Positions 21,720-30,866 of a stretch of DNA of 64,000 nucleotides are shown here, in pieces. Every line of letters begins with the position of its first letter. Positions within the stretch are counted from its first letter, which is position 1. The notes under the pieces are model-generated. The model saw only the letters and a list, made by a program, of their open reading frames with translations. It did no database searches and had not been told where the DNA came from. Source of the stretch: Candidatus Pelearchaeum maunauluense (lineage in GTDB: Archaea > Thermoproteota > Nitrososphaeria_A > Caldarchaeales > Caldarchaeaceae); NCBI GenBank assembly GCA_030059675.1, contig JANVYQ010000003.1, positions 32,001-96,000 on the forward strand. The letters are read 5' to 3'. The position numbers and the translations under genes are program-made.

Positions 21720-22658
21720 CTGGCTATAGACCTCACCCTACCTCTTCTAAACTCACTCGCCCTAGGGAGCCTCTATACCCTAATGGCCCTTGGGCTAACT
21801 ATAACGTTCTCAGTAACAAGAATACCCAACTTCGCGCACGCGGAGTTGGTTACAGTGGGCGGATACGTTACCGCCGTGCTCGTTAATTTCATGGCGTTCC
21901 CCCCATATCTGGCTCTACTGTCCGCTTTCATAGCATCGGCAATACTAGCCCTAGGCATGGACGAGCTTGTCTTCAAACCACTATACAAACGAGGCTCCAG
22001 GCCGTTATTCCTATTGGTGGCTAGTATAGGTGTGGGCCTGATAGTGCGCTACACACTCTTCTCCCTTGCCGACGCTACAGGAAACATAACAATACAAACT
22101 AATGTGTCGGTAAACCCAATAATGAGGTTTGGTCGCGCATACATAACCATGTTCCACGCCATAGTTATACCAGTAACAATAGCCATAGTCATAATCCTAC
22201 ACATACTCTTCCATTACACGCTCATGGGAAAGGCTCTGAGGGCTATTTCGGACAACGAAGACCTAGCTAGAGTCTCTGGAATACGGATATACAGGCTACG
22301 GCGAGTAGCGTGGCTGATAGCTGGAGGGGCGGCTGGACTAGCGGGAGGCTTGTGGTCAATAAGCCTGATTATAGACCCCAACTTTGGATGGGACACACTT
22401 CTACGGATATTCGCATCCTCGATACTCGGCGGATTAACAAGCTTCTGGGGGACGATAATAGGCGGATACATAGTCGGCTTCGCAGAGAATATGGGAATAG
22501 CGACGCTCAATACCTGGTTTGGAATAAACACAGCATATAGGCCACTCATATCCTTCACCATCATAGTCGCGGTATTCCTGATAAGACCGCGCGGCTTCGC
22601 TGGTATAGATGTGAGAAGTATAATGTCTCGGTTGGTGGTGAGCAGGCCACGGTCCTAG
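21720..22658 (+). CDS. livH: branched-chain amino acid ABC permease LivH, probable CTG start
   Basis: The conserved N-terminus LLNSLALGSLYTLMALGLT..NFAH begins upstream of the ORF-track ATG; CTG at 21720 follows GGAGGAGGT. Confidence 0.85.
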   Translation: MAIDLTLPLLNSLALGSLYTLMALGLTITFSVTRIPNFAHAELVTVGGYVTAVLVNFMAFPPYLALLSAFIASAILALGMDELVFKPLYKRGSRPLFLLVASIGVGLIVRYTLFSLADATGNITIQTNVSVNPIMRFGRAYITMFHAIVIPVTIAIVIILHILFHYTLMGKALRAISDNEDLARVSGIRIYRLRRVAWLIAGGAAGLAGGLWSISLIIDPNFGWDTLLRIFASSILGGLTSFWGTIIGGYIVGFAENMGIATLNTWFGINTAYRPLISFTIIVAVFLIRPRGFAGIDVRSIMSRLVVSRPRS

Positions 22659-23734
22659 ACCAGCTATACAGCATAACACCATTCATAACAACACTACTAA
22701 CGTTCTACGCCGTCTATCTAATACTAGCCCTAAGCCTAAACCTAATCTACGGATACTGTGGAGTGCCAAACTTTGGTCATGTATTCTTCCAGTCGGTAGG
22801 TGCTTACGTGGCTGGGAACATGACGGCCAACGTGCTTTACATGGTTGCGGTAGCTGGTGGTGATATATGCTCCGTAGCAACCGCAGAGGTGAGGCGTAAC
22901 CTAGCTATAACCAGCCCACCACTTGCTATAGGTATGTTCGTAGCCTCGCTAGCTTTAGGCGCCGTCGTGGGCGGATTGCTCGGATATATAGCAAGCTACC
23001 CAGCACTCAGGTTGAAAGAAGACTATCTCGCAATCACGCTGATATTCATAGGCGAGATAGGCAGGATAATAGCGCGAAACGAAGAAGGAATAGCCTGCGG
23101 CCTAGTCGGCCTAACAGGGGTACCAAACCCCTTCATATGGCTAGGCGACCCCAACCTATCGCTAATAGCATACACCATTATGTCAATAATCATAGCAGGC
23201 CTCATCTTCATATTCCCGCAGAAGCTCTCCAACTCCCCCTTCGGAAGACTGCTGAAGAGTGTTCGCGACGACGAGACAGCCGCGATGAGCTTGGGCAAGA
23301 ACGTAGCCAAGGCGCGGGGCTGGGCCATGATAGTAGGAAGCGCAATAGCAGCAGTTGCAGGCGTGCTCAAAGTCTTCTACGCACAGGGAGTATTCGCAGA
23401 CGACTACATACCATTAACAACGTTCGTAGTCCTCTCCATGGTAATCCTGGGAGGAATGGCTAACAATAGGGGAGTAATCCTAGGAGCACTAATCATAACA
23501 CTGCTGGACTTCCTAATAGCGCCCTCACTCTTCAGACTGATGGGAATAACAATACAATTCGACATAACATACATCAAATACATCATAACAGGCCTAATCA
23601 TAGTCCTAGTCCTCCTATTCAAGCCGCAGGGAATATTACCCGAAAAACCAATAGAGACGCCTGCCTTAAGCTTGGTTAAAAAGGAAGATAAGTCATTAAG
23701 CAATAAATCCTTACAGAAAAACAGAATGAGCTGA
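22649..23734 (+). CDS. livM: branched-chain amino acid ABC permease LivM, N-terminus extends to an ACG codon
   Basis: The conserved YLILALSLNLIYGYCGVPNFGH lies upstream of the ORF-track GTG; RLKEDYLAI and VRDDETAA motifs; ACG at 22649 follows GGTGGTGA. Confidence 0.82.
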   Translation, partial: TVLDQLYSITPFITTLLTFYAVYLILALSLNLIYGYCGVPNFGHVFFQSVGAYVAGNMTANVLYMVAVAGGDICSVATAEVRRNLAITSPPLAIGMFVASLALGAVVGGLLGYIASYPALRLKEDYLAITLIFIGEIGRIIARNEEGIACGLVGLTGVPNPFIWLGDPNLSLIAYTIMSIIIAGLIFIFPQKLSNSPFGRLLKSVRDDETAAMSLGKNVAKARGWAMIVGSAIAAVAGVLKVFYAQGVFADDYIPLTTFVVLSMVILGGMANNRGVILGALIITLLDFLIAPSLFRLMGITIQFDITYIKYIITGLIIVLVLLFKPQGILPEKPIETPALSLVKKEDKSLSNKSLQKNRMS

Positions 23735-23799
23735 TAAACGCTCTGCGGCGTTTAGGCTAAATTAAGGCTTTATATAACGTAGATAGCAGGTGGCAGGGT

Positions 23800-24318
23800 T
23801 TGGCAAATATAGTAGGTGGTTGGAAGGGGAGGTTCTACGAGGACTTTACGGTTGGTGATGTGTATATACATCCTTATGGGAGGACAATAACCGAGGCGGA
23901 CAATATCTGGTTTACCTTGCTGACCATGAATATGAATGAAATTCATTTTAACGCTGATTATGCTGCTGAGACTGAGTGGGGTAGGCCGTTGGTTAATAGC
24001 GCGCTTACTCTAGCTGTTGTTCTTGGTATGAGCGTCATGGATGTGAGCCAGAATGCGATAAACCTTGGGTGGGAGGAGATAAAGCTACCCAACCCCGTGT
24101 TCGCTGGAGACACCCTATACGCCCAGACGGAGGTGCTGGAGAAACGCGAGTCCCGCTCGCGCCCGCACATGGGGATAGTCAAGCTAAAAACAATAGGCTA
24201 TAACCAGGACGGGAAGATAGTGCTGGAAATGAAGCGGACAATAATGGTTTGGAAGAAGGCTTATGCCCCAAGGTCTAAGATTGAGGAGAAGCGTAGGAAG
24301 ATAGCTGGCGAGAAATGA
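23800..24318 (+). CDS. MaoC-family (R)-hydratase/dehydratase
   Basis: GRFYEDF.VG, RTITEADN..HFN and PVFAGDTL motifs. Confidence 0.9.
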   Translation: MANIVGGWKGRFYEDFTVGDVYIHPYGRTITEADNIWFTLLTMNMNEIHFNADYAAETEWGRPLVNSALTLAVVLGMSVMDVSQNAINLGWEEIKLPNPVFAGDTLYAQTEVLEKRESRSRPHMGIVKLKTIGYNQDGKIVLEMKRTIMVWKKAYAPRSKIEEKRRKIAGEK

Positions 24319-25397
24319 TAGGCAATAGATTCGCCCCTCTTGAGGGGATACGCGTGATAGAGATAGGCCACTTCGTAGCAGCGCCCAACCTTGGGGCGTT
24401 GTTGGCCTATTTCGGGGCTGAGGTCATCAAAATAGAGCCCCCCAGCGGCGACGAAAGCAAGAGAGTAGCCCCGTGGGCATACTACATATTCTCACAAAAC
24501 AAGAAGAGCATAGCTATAGACCTGACAAAACATGAGGGGCTTGAACTATTCAAAAACATCATCAAAACCTGCGATGTTCTAATTGAGAATCTCTCACCTA
24601 AGGCGATTGAAAAGCTGGGCATTGGTTATGATGCTCTTTCAGCTCTCAACCAGCGCTTAATATACTGCTCCATCAAGGGGTTTGCAAGCGATAGCCGAGA
24701 CTGGAGGAGACCAGCTTTTGACACCGTTGCGCAGGCCGAGTCTGGCCTCTTAGCCGCTCTAGGCCGCGAGGGTGAGGAGCCCATAAGGATAAACAACCCC
24801 TGCATAGACATGGGGGCCGCCGCCTACGCGCTCGCCGCAATAGCTATGGCGATAATGCAGCGCGCAAAAACGGGTAGGGGCGCGTATATAGAAGTCCCAT
24901 TACTGGATGTGGCTGTATATTGGAACGGTTACTGGATAGCATACTACTCATTAACAGGCCGTGAGCCAGCTAGGCTAGGGGCTGGACATGCTGGATACTC
25001 CCCCTACGGCATATATAAAGCGCGGGATGGCTATGTATTCATAGGCGTAATAACCGACGAGCAATGGCTAAAATTATGTGAGCGGCTTGGAATAACTCCG
25101 CCAGAGAATCTGAGGAGCATGCAGTCAAGGATAGAGAATCGTCTAGAGGTGGACAGGCTTGTTGGGGAGAGCGTAGCTAGGTTGAGTGTTGAGGAGGTTT
25201 TAAAGAGGCTGCGGGACCTAGTTCCAGCCTCGACTTTAAAAAGTGTAAAGGATGTTGCTGAAGACCTAGAGCTGGAGAAACGAGGCGTGATAGTGCCCGC
25301 TAAGGTTGATGATAAAGTCGTAAGAGTAGCCCAACCACCTATAAGAATAAACAAAAACAAGCCCAGTACAAATTATTGTGATAGACAGCAGAGCTGA
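24315..25397 (+). CDS. family III CoA-transferase (CaiB/BaiF) with a frameshifted C-terminus
   Basis: FGAEVIKIEPP, NKKSIAIDL and AFDTVAQAESG motifs. The conserved tail LLEELGYSVDEIAQLYKKGVI is in another frame (ending at 25506). Confidence 0.85.
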   Translation: MIGNRFAPLEGIRVIEIGHFVAAPNLGALLAYFGAEVIKIEPPSGDESKRVAPWAYYIFSQNKKSIAIDLTKHEGLELFKNIIKTCDVLIENLSPKAIEKLGIGYDALSALNQRLIYCSIKGFASDSRDWRRPAFDTVAQAESGLLAALGREGEEPIRINNPCIDMGAAAYALAAIAMAIMQRAKTGRGAYIEVPLLDVAVYWNGYWIAYYSLTGREPARLGAGHAGYSPYGIYKARDGYVFIGVITDEQWLKLCERLGITPPENLRSMQSRIENRLEVDRLVGESVARLSVEEVLKRLRDLVPASTLKSVKDVAEDLELEKRGVIVPAKVDDKVVRVAQPPIRINKNKPSTNYCDRQQS

Positions 25398-25407
25398 TGT
25401 GCATAAA

Positions 25408-26028
25408 CTATTGGAAGAGCTGGGCTATAGTGTTGATGAGATAGCGCAACTGTATAAGAAAGGTGTTATAATAAACATAAAAAATATTATAATTTATTTT
25501 CGTTAAGGGCTCAACAACTATCTTGCCGAACATCCCCTTCTCTTGATGGAGTACTGGGAATGTCCCTCCTGCTCTCTGACACACATACCAGTAGGTTCCC
25601 GGCTCGTCTATGGTAAATTCAATAACACGCATTTCGTCAGGCTCTACCTCGGCCTCTATTTCGTTATAAGCCATGTCAATCTCCTCCATCATCATGGCTA
25701 TTCTCTCATCTGCTTCCTCGGGGTCTGTTATCCCCTGCTCAAGTAGCTTCTGCGCCATTTCTTTCATCATCGTAAGAGCCTGGTCCTTATCCTTTACCAC
25801 CATAAACTCGTGAGGATGCGAGCCTGCGTTTGTGAGCGTTATTCTAACAAGTTGGCCTGCTTTGATTGTTAATGTTGGGCCGAAGCCTGGCCTATCAAAA
25901 CCATAATCCACCATAGTCAGCTCAAACACAGCAACCTTCGGCTGAAGCATCGGCACTACGACAAATATGGCCGCACCAGCTACTACAGCTACGACAACTA
26001 TAACAGCTATTAAAGGGCCTGCTTTCAT
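25408..26028 (-). CDS. membrane-anchored cupredoxin (blue-copper-like) with a Met-rich insertion
   Basis: N-terminal TM; NAGSHPHEF; PGTYWYVC-x10-H-x4-M copper ligands. The last ~30 aa look like read-through overlapping the CoA-transferase tail. Confidence 0.85.
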   Translation of the reverse strand: MKAGPLIAVIVVVAVVAGAAIFVVVPMLQPKVAVFELTMVDYGFDRPGFGPTLTIKAGQLVRITLTNAGSHPHEFMVVKDKDQALTMMKEMAQKLLEQGITDPEEADERIAMMMEEIDMAYNEIEAEVEPDEMRVIEFTIDEPGTYWYVCQRAGGTFPVLHQEKGMFGKIVVEPLTKINYNIFYVYYNTFLIQLRYLINTIAQLFQ

Positions 26029-26066
26029 CGGCTAGCGGATTCAAAAATATAATCTTAAAACGATTA

Positions 26067-26082
26067 ACCGTACCAGTTCGGT
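26067..26082. promoter_or_regulatory. candidate operator ACCGTACCAGTTCGGT
   Basis: Imperfect palindrome just upstream of a TTTATAA box; near-copy at 26816-26831. Confidence 0.5.
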
Positions 26083-26111
26083 AATTTTTATAACCTTCAT
26101 TAACAACAACT

Positions 26112-26837
26112 ATGATGAAGATGGCCGGGCGCGTCTTCGAGGTCAATATTTTACTCGACCTAGACTCGCTGCCGGACCCTGAAAAGAAATGTACAGCTCT
26201 CAAGTTGGTTAAAGATGGTAAGGGTCCGCTTGAGTGTCTTAATCCGATGTCTGATGTTCGTCATTTTATTCGGCTTAAGGATGGTCAGATTACTATTGGA
26301 ACCCAATCGCCTGATTCCTGTCCATTCTATAAGATATACTCGTCTCTACACATACATGTGGTCAAATGCAGCGTTTTTCATAATCATAGTCTAGCCACTA
26401 TAATATGTACGGAGAGCGCGTTGGATGGTTTTTATAAGAGGCTGGAGGAGCTTGGCGCCAATTATAGGTTAGTTTCGGTCAGACAGTTATCAACCGCTGC
26501 TCAGCGTAAGCAGAAAATGACTGCTAACCAGATGTTCGCGCTCTTTACAGCGCATAGCTTGGGCTATTTTGAGAGCCCATCAAAGGCAAGCATTAGAGAT
26601 GTAGCTACCGTTCTTGATAAATCGCCCTCAACCGTGTCTGAGCTCATTAAGAAGGGTGTGAAAAACTTGTTGGATATAATTAAGGAGAGAAAAGACTTTA
26701 AGGATCTACTAAATCTCGCTATATTTCCTCGTACTTCATTCTTATTGGTTGGCTGTCCAAAAGTCAATAGTCATTTTAATTTAATACTATGCGCGTTCTA
26801 CTGTGCTATGACTATTCCGCACATGTTCGGTTTATGA
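26112..26837 (+). CDS. HTH_10 (Bat-type) transcriptional regulator
   Basis: C-terminal MTANQ..AHSLGYFESPSKASIRDVA..L..S.STVSELIKKG pattern. Confidence 0.85.
   Translation: MMKMAGRVFEVNILLDLDSLPDPEKKCTALKLVKDGKGPLECLNPMSDVRHFIRLKDGQITIGTQSPDSCPFYKIYSSLHIHVVKCSVFHNHSLATIICTESALDGFYKRLEELGANYRLVSVRQLSTAAQRKQKMTANQMFALFTAHSLGYFESPSKASIRDVATVLDKSPSTVSELIKKGVKNLLDIIKERKDFKDLLNLAIFPRTSFLLVGCPKVNSHFNLILCAFYCAMTIPHMFGL
26816..26831. promoter_or_regulatory. candidate operator TCCGCACATGTTCGGT upstream of coxB
   Basis: Shares CCGnACnnGTTCGGT with 26067-26082 and lies just upstream of a TTTAAG TATA-like box. Confidence 0.5.
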
Positions 26838-26879
26838 ATTTAAGAGAGCTTCTAAACGGCTAACCGCTGGTCGAAACAA

Positions 26880-27545
26880 ATGGCTGCGCCAGCTCCATCC
26901 GCGGAAATATGGAATTCTCTATTCATGATGTATGTAACATCTGCAGTTGTAATCTCCGCAGTAGTGTTGGCAATTCTAGGATATTTCGTACTACGTTATA
27001 GACAGCCATCAAGCAGTCTAGCCGATGGTGGGCAGGACGAACCTGAGTTTAGAATAGGCGCGGAGCCCACTAGGGGTAGTGCTAAAGTTGCCATAGCTCT
27101 CAGCGTAATATTGGGGCTGCTCTTCGTTGGCCTCACGGCATCAACCTTCAGCGCTATGGAGTTCATGGAAGAAATACCCGAAGACAACCCAAATGCTCTG
27201 CACATTAAGGTAACAGCATTCCAGTGGGGATGGCAATTCACCTACCCCAACGGCCGGACAATAACAGGCGAGCTCAGAGTGCCCGTAAATACTCCTATAG
27301 TATTGGAGATAACCAGCAGGGATGTCTTTCATACATTCGCTATAGCTGCGTTCAAGGTTAAGAAAGACGCCATACCAGACAGAATTAACTTCGCATGGTT
27401 CGAGGCTAAAGAAGCAGGAGAATATAGGATACAATGCTACGAGCTCTGTGGAACAGGGCACGCCAAGATGATAGCAACTCTCCTAGCGATGGAGACGGAG
27501 CAGTTTGAAGCGTGGTATGGTAAGTTGAGTGAGGAGAAGGGGTGA
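26880..27545 (+). CDS. coxB: heme-copper oxidase subunit II (CuA)
   Basis: Two TM helices; AFQWGWQFTY, DVFH and CYELCGTGHAKM CuA motif. Confidence 0.95.
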   Translation: MAAPAPSAEIWNSLFMMYVTSAVVISAVVLAILGYFVLRYRQPSSSLADGGQDEPEFRIGAEPTRGSAKVAIALSVILGLLFVGLTASTFSAMEFMEEIPEDNPNALHIKVTAFQWGWQFTYPNGRTITGELRVPVNTPIVLEITSRDVFHTFAIAAFKVKKDAIPDRINFAWFEAKEAGEYRIQCYELCGTGHAKMIATLLAMETEQFEAWYGKLSEEKG

Positions 27546-27551
27546 TTATGG

Positions 27552-30005
27552 GTGGCTCATGCAAACAATAAACCAAACCCACTTGTAGTCTGGCTTTTTA
27601 CAACAAACCATAAAAACGTGGGAATACTCTACCTAGTGACATCCCTCTACTTCCTTGTGGTTGCTGGTATTCTAGCTCTCACGTTTAGGATGCAGCTGAG
27701 CGCGCCCAACATGGTATTCCTCGCAGCAGACTCTTACAACCAAGCGGTTACGCTGCATGGTCTCTTCATGCTTCTCTGGGTAACCACGCCGCTGGCCGCT
27801 GCTTTTGCCAACTACGTGGTTCCAATCCAGATAGGCGCTAAGGATATGGCGTTCCCGCGCCTTAACGCGCTGAGCTACTGGCTCTACCTAGCAAGCGGCA
27901 TAGTTGCGCTAAGCAGCTTCTTCGCCCCAGGAGGCACGGCTGACTGGGGATGGACAACATACGCGCCTCTAAACACGCTACAGTATAGCCCGCAAGCAGG
28001 AGGCTCGCTAATGGGCCTAGCAATACTGCTCCTACTCAGCTCCACGATAGTAGCGACCTCAAACTTCATGGTAACAATATTCAGGCTACGCGCCCCTGGT
28101 ATGAAGCTCTCATACCTCCCACTATTCTCAATATTCTGGCTGGTAACCCAGTTCCTGCTACTATGGGCTTTCCCAGCCTTCGCCGCCCCCCTGCTCATGC
28201 TGGTCTCCGATAGGGTCCTTGGAACAGTATTCTTCACAGCAGCGGAAGGAGGAGCGCTACTCTGGGACCACCTACTATGGTTCTTCGGCCACCCAGAGGT
28301 TTACATACTCGTCCTACCAGGCCTGGCTATAGCTGGAGACGTCCTAGCAGTGTTTAGCCGAAGGCAGCTCTATGCCAAGAAAGTCATAATCATAGCAGTA
28401 AGCGTAGCCGCGTTCCTAAGCTACGTCGTATGGGTACATCACATGTTCATGACTGGCATACACCCAGGGCTAAGGGAGGTCTTCAACATAACGACAGAAC
28501 TAATCTCAATACCCTTCGGAGCTATAATGCTCTCATATATCCTAACCCTCTTTGGAGGCAGGATAAGGGCGACGACACCTTTCCTATTCGCTCTAGGCTC
28601 TGTGATACTCTTCATAATAGGTGGGGCCTCAGGCGTCTTCAACTCTTCGGTAGCCCTTGACGTGGGGATGAGAGGAACCTTCTGGGTGGTAGGGCACTTT
28701 CACTACACCATAGTGGGCGGCGGGATAACTGGCCTGATAGCTGGACTATACTACTGGTGGCCGAAGATGACTGGAAGAATGTTCAGCGAAAAACTGGGCA
28801 AACTACACTTCGCAATCTACATGATAGGCTTCAACCTACTCTACTTCCCGATGCACCTACTCTACGACATGCCGAGAAGAATATTCTTCTACGACGCCAC
28901 AACGGGCTGGGGCCCGATAAACATGCTCATAACCATGGGCTCCTGGATCTTCGCGTCATCATTCATAATACTGTTCATAAACCTCATCAACAGCCTTCGC
29001 CATGGCCCTAAGGTGGGCGACGACCCGTGGGGAGGTGCCAACTACTCGCTTGAGTGGAACGTTCCTTCTCCGCCTCCAGAGTTCAACTTCCCGAAAGGCG
29101 TTCCGGTGATAACCGCGCAGGGCCTTGAGTTTAGGCAGCCTTGGGAGATTAAGATGGGCATAACAACAACTGGCGGCCAGCAGCTATACGGCACCACAGC
29201 CCTCCCTACAAACGGCGGGAGCCATGTGGCTGAGCACGGCGAGGAGCATGGGCCGCATCTAAGCCCATGGCCCTTCATACTCTCAATAGGTGTTGCACTA
29301 ACCATGATCGGCCTGGTGTTTGGAGTGCCTCTACTGCTGCAGGGAGTGGTGATATTCATCGCCTCCATAGTGGGCTGGGCTTGGGAGGATGTTAAAGAGA
29401 AGTTCCACGTAGCTATTGAAGCGCTGGGCGAGAAGTGGCCATTTGACAGGGTTGAGAACGTGCCCCTAGGGATGTGGTTCTTCCTCTTCGGTGAGGTGGC
29501 GCTCTTCGGCCCGCTCTTCGCAGCCTACTTCTTCGTCCGCGCCAACAGCGCCTACACAGGCTTCGCGTGGCCTCTGCCAGGTCAGATACATAGCACAGTC
29601 ATGGGAGCAATCTCCACAATAATCCTACTAACAAGCGGCCTCGCAACATCACTGGCGCTAGTGGCGATAAAGAACAACAACCAGCGCGGCCTCAAGGCAG
29701 GGCTCCTCACAGCATTCATACTAGGCCTAGCCGTGCTGTTCATAGAGGGATTCCAGTGGGCTGAGCTCTTCGCAGAGGGCTACACGTTCGGAACAGACAT
29801 AGCGGCCAGCATCTACTACCTAATAACGGGCATCCACGGTGCGCATATACTGGCTGGCCTGCTGATAATAATCTACCTACTGGCAAAAGCCTACAAGGGA
29901 GGCTACAACGCGGAGAAGCACATGGGCGTATATGCATTCGCCATATACTGGGGCTTCGTGGTGGGCGTATGGCTATTCACGTTCCCACTATTCTACCTAA
30001 TATGA
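27552..30005 (+). CDS. coxAC: heme-copper oxidase fused subunits I+III (A1/SoxM-like)
   Basis: TNHK, VTLHG, DMAFPRLN, WFFGHPEVY, VWVHHMF and VVGHFHY motifs; the C-terminal subunit III part has LGMWFFLFGE and TGIHGAH. Confidence 0.95.
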   Translation: MAHANNKPNPLVVWLFTTNHKNVGILYLVTSLYFLVVAGILALTFRMQLSAPNMVFLAADSYNQAVTLHGLFMLLWVTTPLAAAFANYVVPIQIGAKDMAFPRLNALSYWLYLASGIVALSSFFAPGGTADWGWTTYAPLNTLQYSPQAGGSLMGLAILLLLSSTIVATSNFMVTIFRLRAPGMKLSYLPLFSIFWLVTQFLLLWAFPAFAAPLLMLVSDRVLGTVFFTAAEGGALLWDHLLWFFGHPEVYILVLPGLAIAGDVLAVFSRRQLYAKKVIIIAVSVAAFLSYVVWVHHMFMTGIHPGLREVFNITTELISIPFGAIMLSYILTLFGGRIRATTPFLFALGSVILFIIGGASGVFNSSVALDVGMRGTFWVVGHFHYTIVGGGITGLIAGLYYWWPKMTGRMFSEKLGKLHFAIYMIGFNLLYFPMHLLYDMPRRIFFYDATTGWGPINMLITMGSWIFASSFIILFINLINSLRHGPKVGDDPWGGANYSLEWNVPSPPPEFNFPKGVPVITAQGLEFRQPWEIKMGITTTGGQQLYGTTALPTNGGSHVAEHGEEHGPHLSPWPFILSIGVALTMIGLVFGVPLLLQGVVIFIASIVGWAWEDVKEKFHVAIEALGEKWPFDRVENVPLGMWFFLFGEVALFGPLFAAYFFVRANSAYTGFAWPLPGQIHSTVMGAISTIILLTSGLATSLALVAIKNNNQRGLKAGLLTAFILGLAVLFIEGFQWAELFAEGYTFGTDIAASIYYLITGIHGAHILAGLLIIIYLLAKAYKGGYNAEKHMGVYAFAIYWGFVVGVWLFTFPLFYLI

Positions 30006-30016
30006 GGTGGTGAAAG

Positions 30017-30310
30017 ATGCGAGAAGAATGGCAGCTTGTAGCGATTTACACAGTAATAATAGCGGCGCTGGTTGCTGAGGTCATAGTGGGCTCCAGCTGG
30101 ATGACGCTGGGGCAGACAGCCCTGATAGGTGTGCTGGTGATAGCAAAGCTACAGGCGGCTCTAGTCTTCACATTCTTCATGTTCGGCAAATACGGCACAC
30201 GCTCAGTGGCTTTAATAATGCTCATATCAGTAAGCACGCTGCTCCCACTATTCCTGGCATTCGCCTTCTCCATAGAGTTCCCACCACATGCGGTTGCTGG
30301 AGGACGCTGA
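30017..30310 (+). CDS. heme-copper oxidase subunit IV-like membrane protein
   Basis: Three TM helices with QAALV..FFM pattern; directly after coxAC, with an SD sequence. Confidence 0.7.
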   Translation: MREEWQLVAIYTVIIAALVAEVIVGSSWMTLGQTALIGVLVIAKLQAALVFTFFMFGKYGTRSVALIMLISVSTLLPLFLAFAFSIEFPPHAVAGGR

Positions 30311-30321
30311 GGAGGTGATGC

Positions 30322-30786
30322 GTGTTGGCTGAGCAAGAGTCCCGCGCCCACATAAACGCTGCGATAATAGCGGGCGTCGTAGGCCTGGTGTGGCTGATTG
30401 GAATCTGGGTAGTCCTAGTCTTCCCGCCGCAGGTGGAGGCAGCCGCGCCAGGGGGAGAGCAGCAAATCCTCACAGGAACCTCGATAAACCTAGTCATGCA
30501 GGAATGGGGCTTCAACCAGAAGAGGGGAGCGCCGATAATAGAGATAAAAGCAGGAACCGAAGTAACCTTCACAGTCGTAAACCAGGGACGAAACCTCCAC
30601 TCATTCCAGATACTAACACCAGACGGAGAGCATGTAGCTGGCTGGACCAAGGACGAGGTTATAGATGTGGGAGAGACACGGACATTAACAGTAGTCATAG
30701 ACGAGCCAGGCGAGTATATCTACATATGCCCAGTAGAAGGGCATGAAGAAGAGGGCATGAAGGGAATCCTTAGAGTTGTCGGCTAG
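30322..30786 (+). CDS. membrane-anchored cupredoxin (type-1 copper)
   Basis: TM anchor; NQGRNLHSF and PGEYIYICPVEGHEEEGM (His, Cys, His, Met ligands). Confidence 0.88.
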   Translation: MLAEQESRAHINAAIIAGVVGLVWLIGIWVVLVFPPQVEAAAPGGEQQILTGTSINLVMQEWGFNQKRGAPIIEIKAGTEVTFTVVNQGRNLHSFQILTPDGEHVAGWTKDEVIDVGETRTLTVVIDEPGEYIYICPVEGHEEEGMKGILRVVG

Positions 30787-30866
30787 AGAGGCCCAGTTTA
30801 AATCTCCCATTCCTATTTTCGTGATAGACTTTAACTATTATCATGTTGTTATATTTAGCCTGATAA

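Noticed and set aside
25408-25506. Functional antisense overlap between the cupredoxin C-terminus and the CoA-transferase tail
   Set aside because: The cupredoxin extension is AT-rich and non-conserved-looking, best explained by stop loss or local decay.
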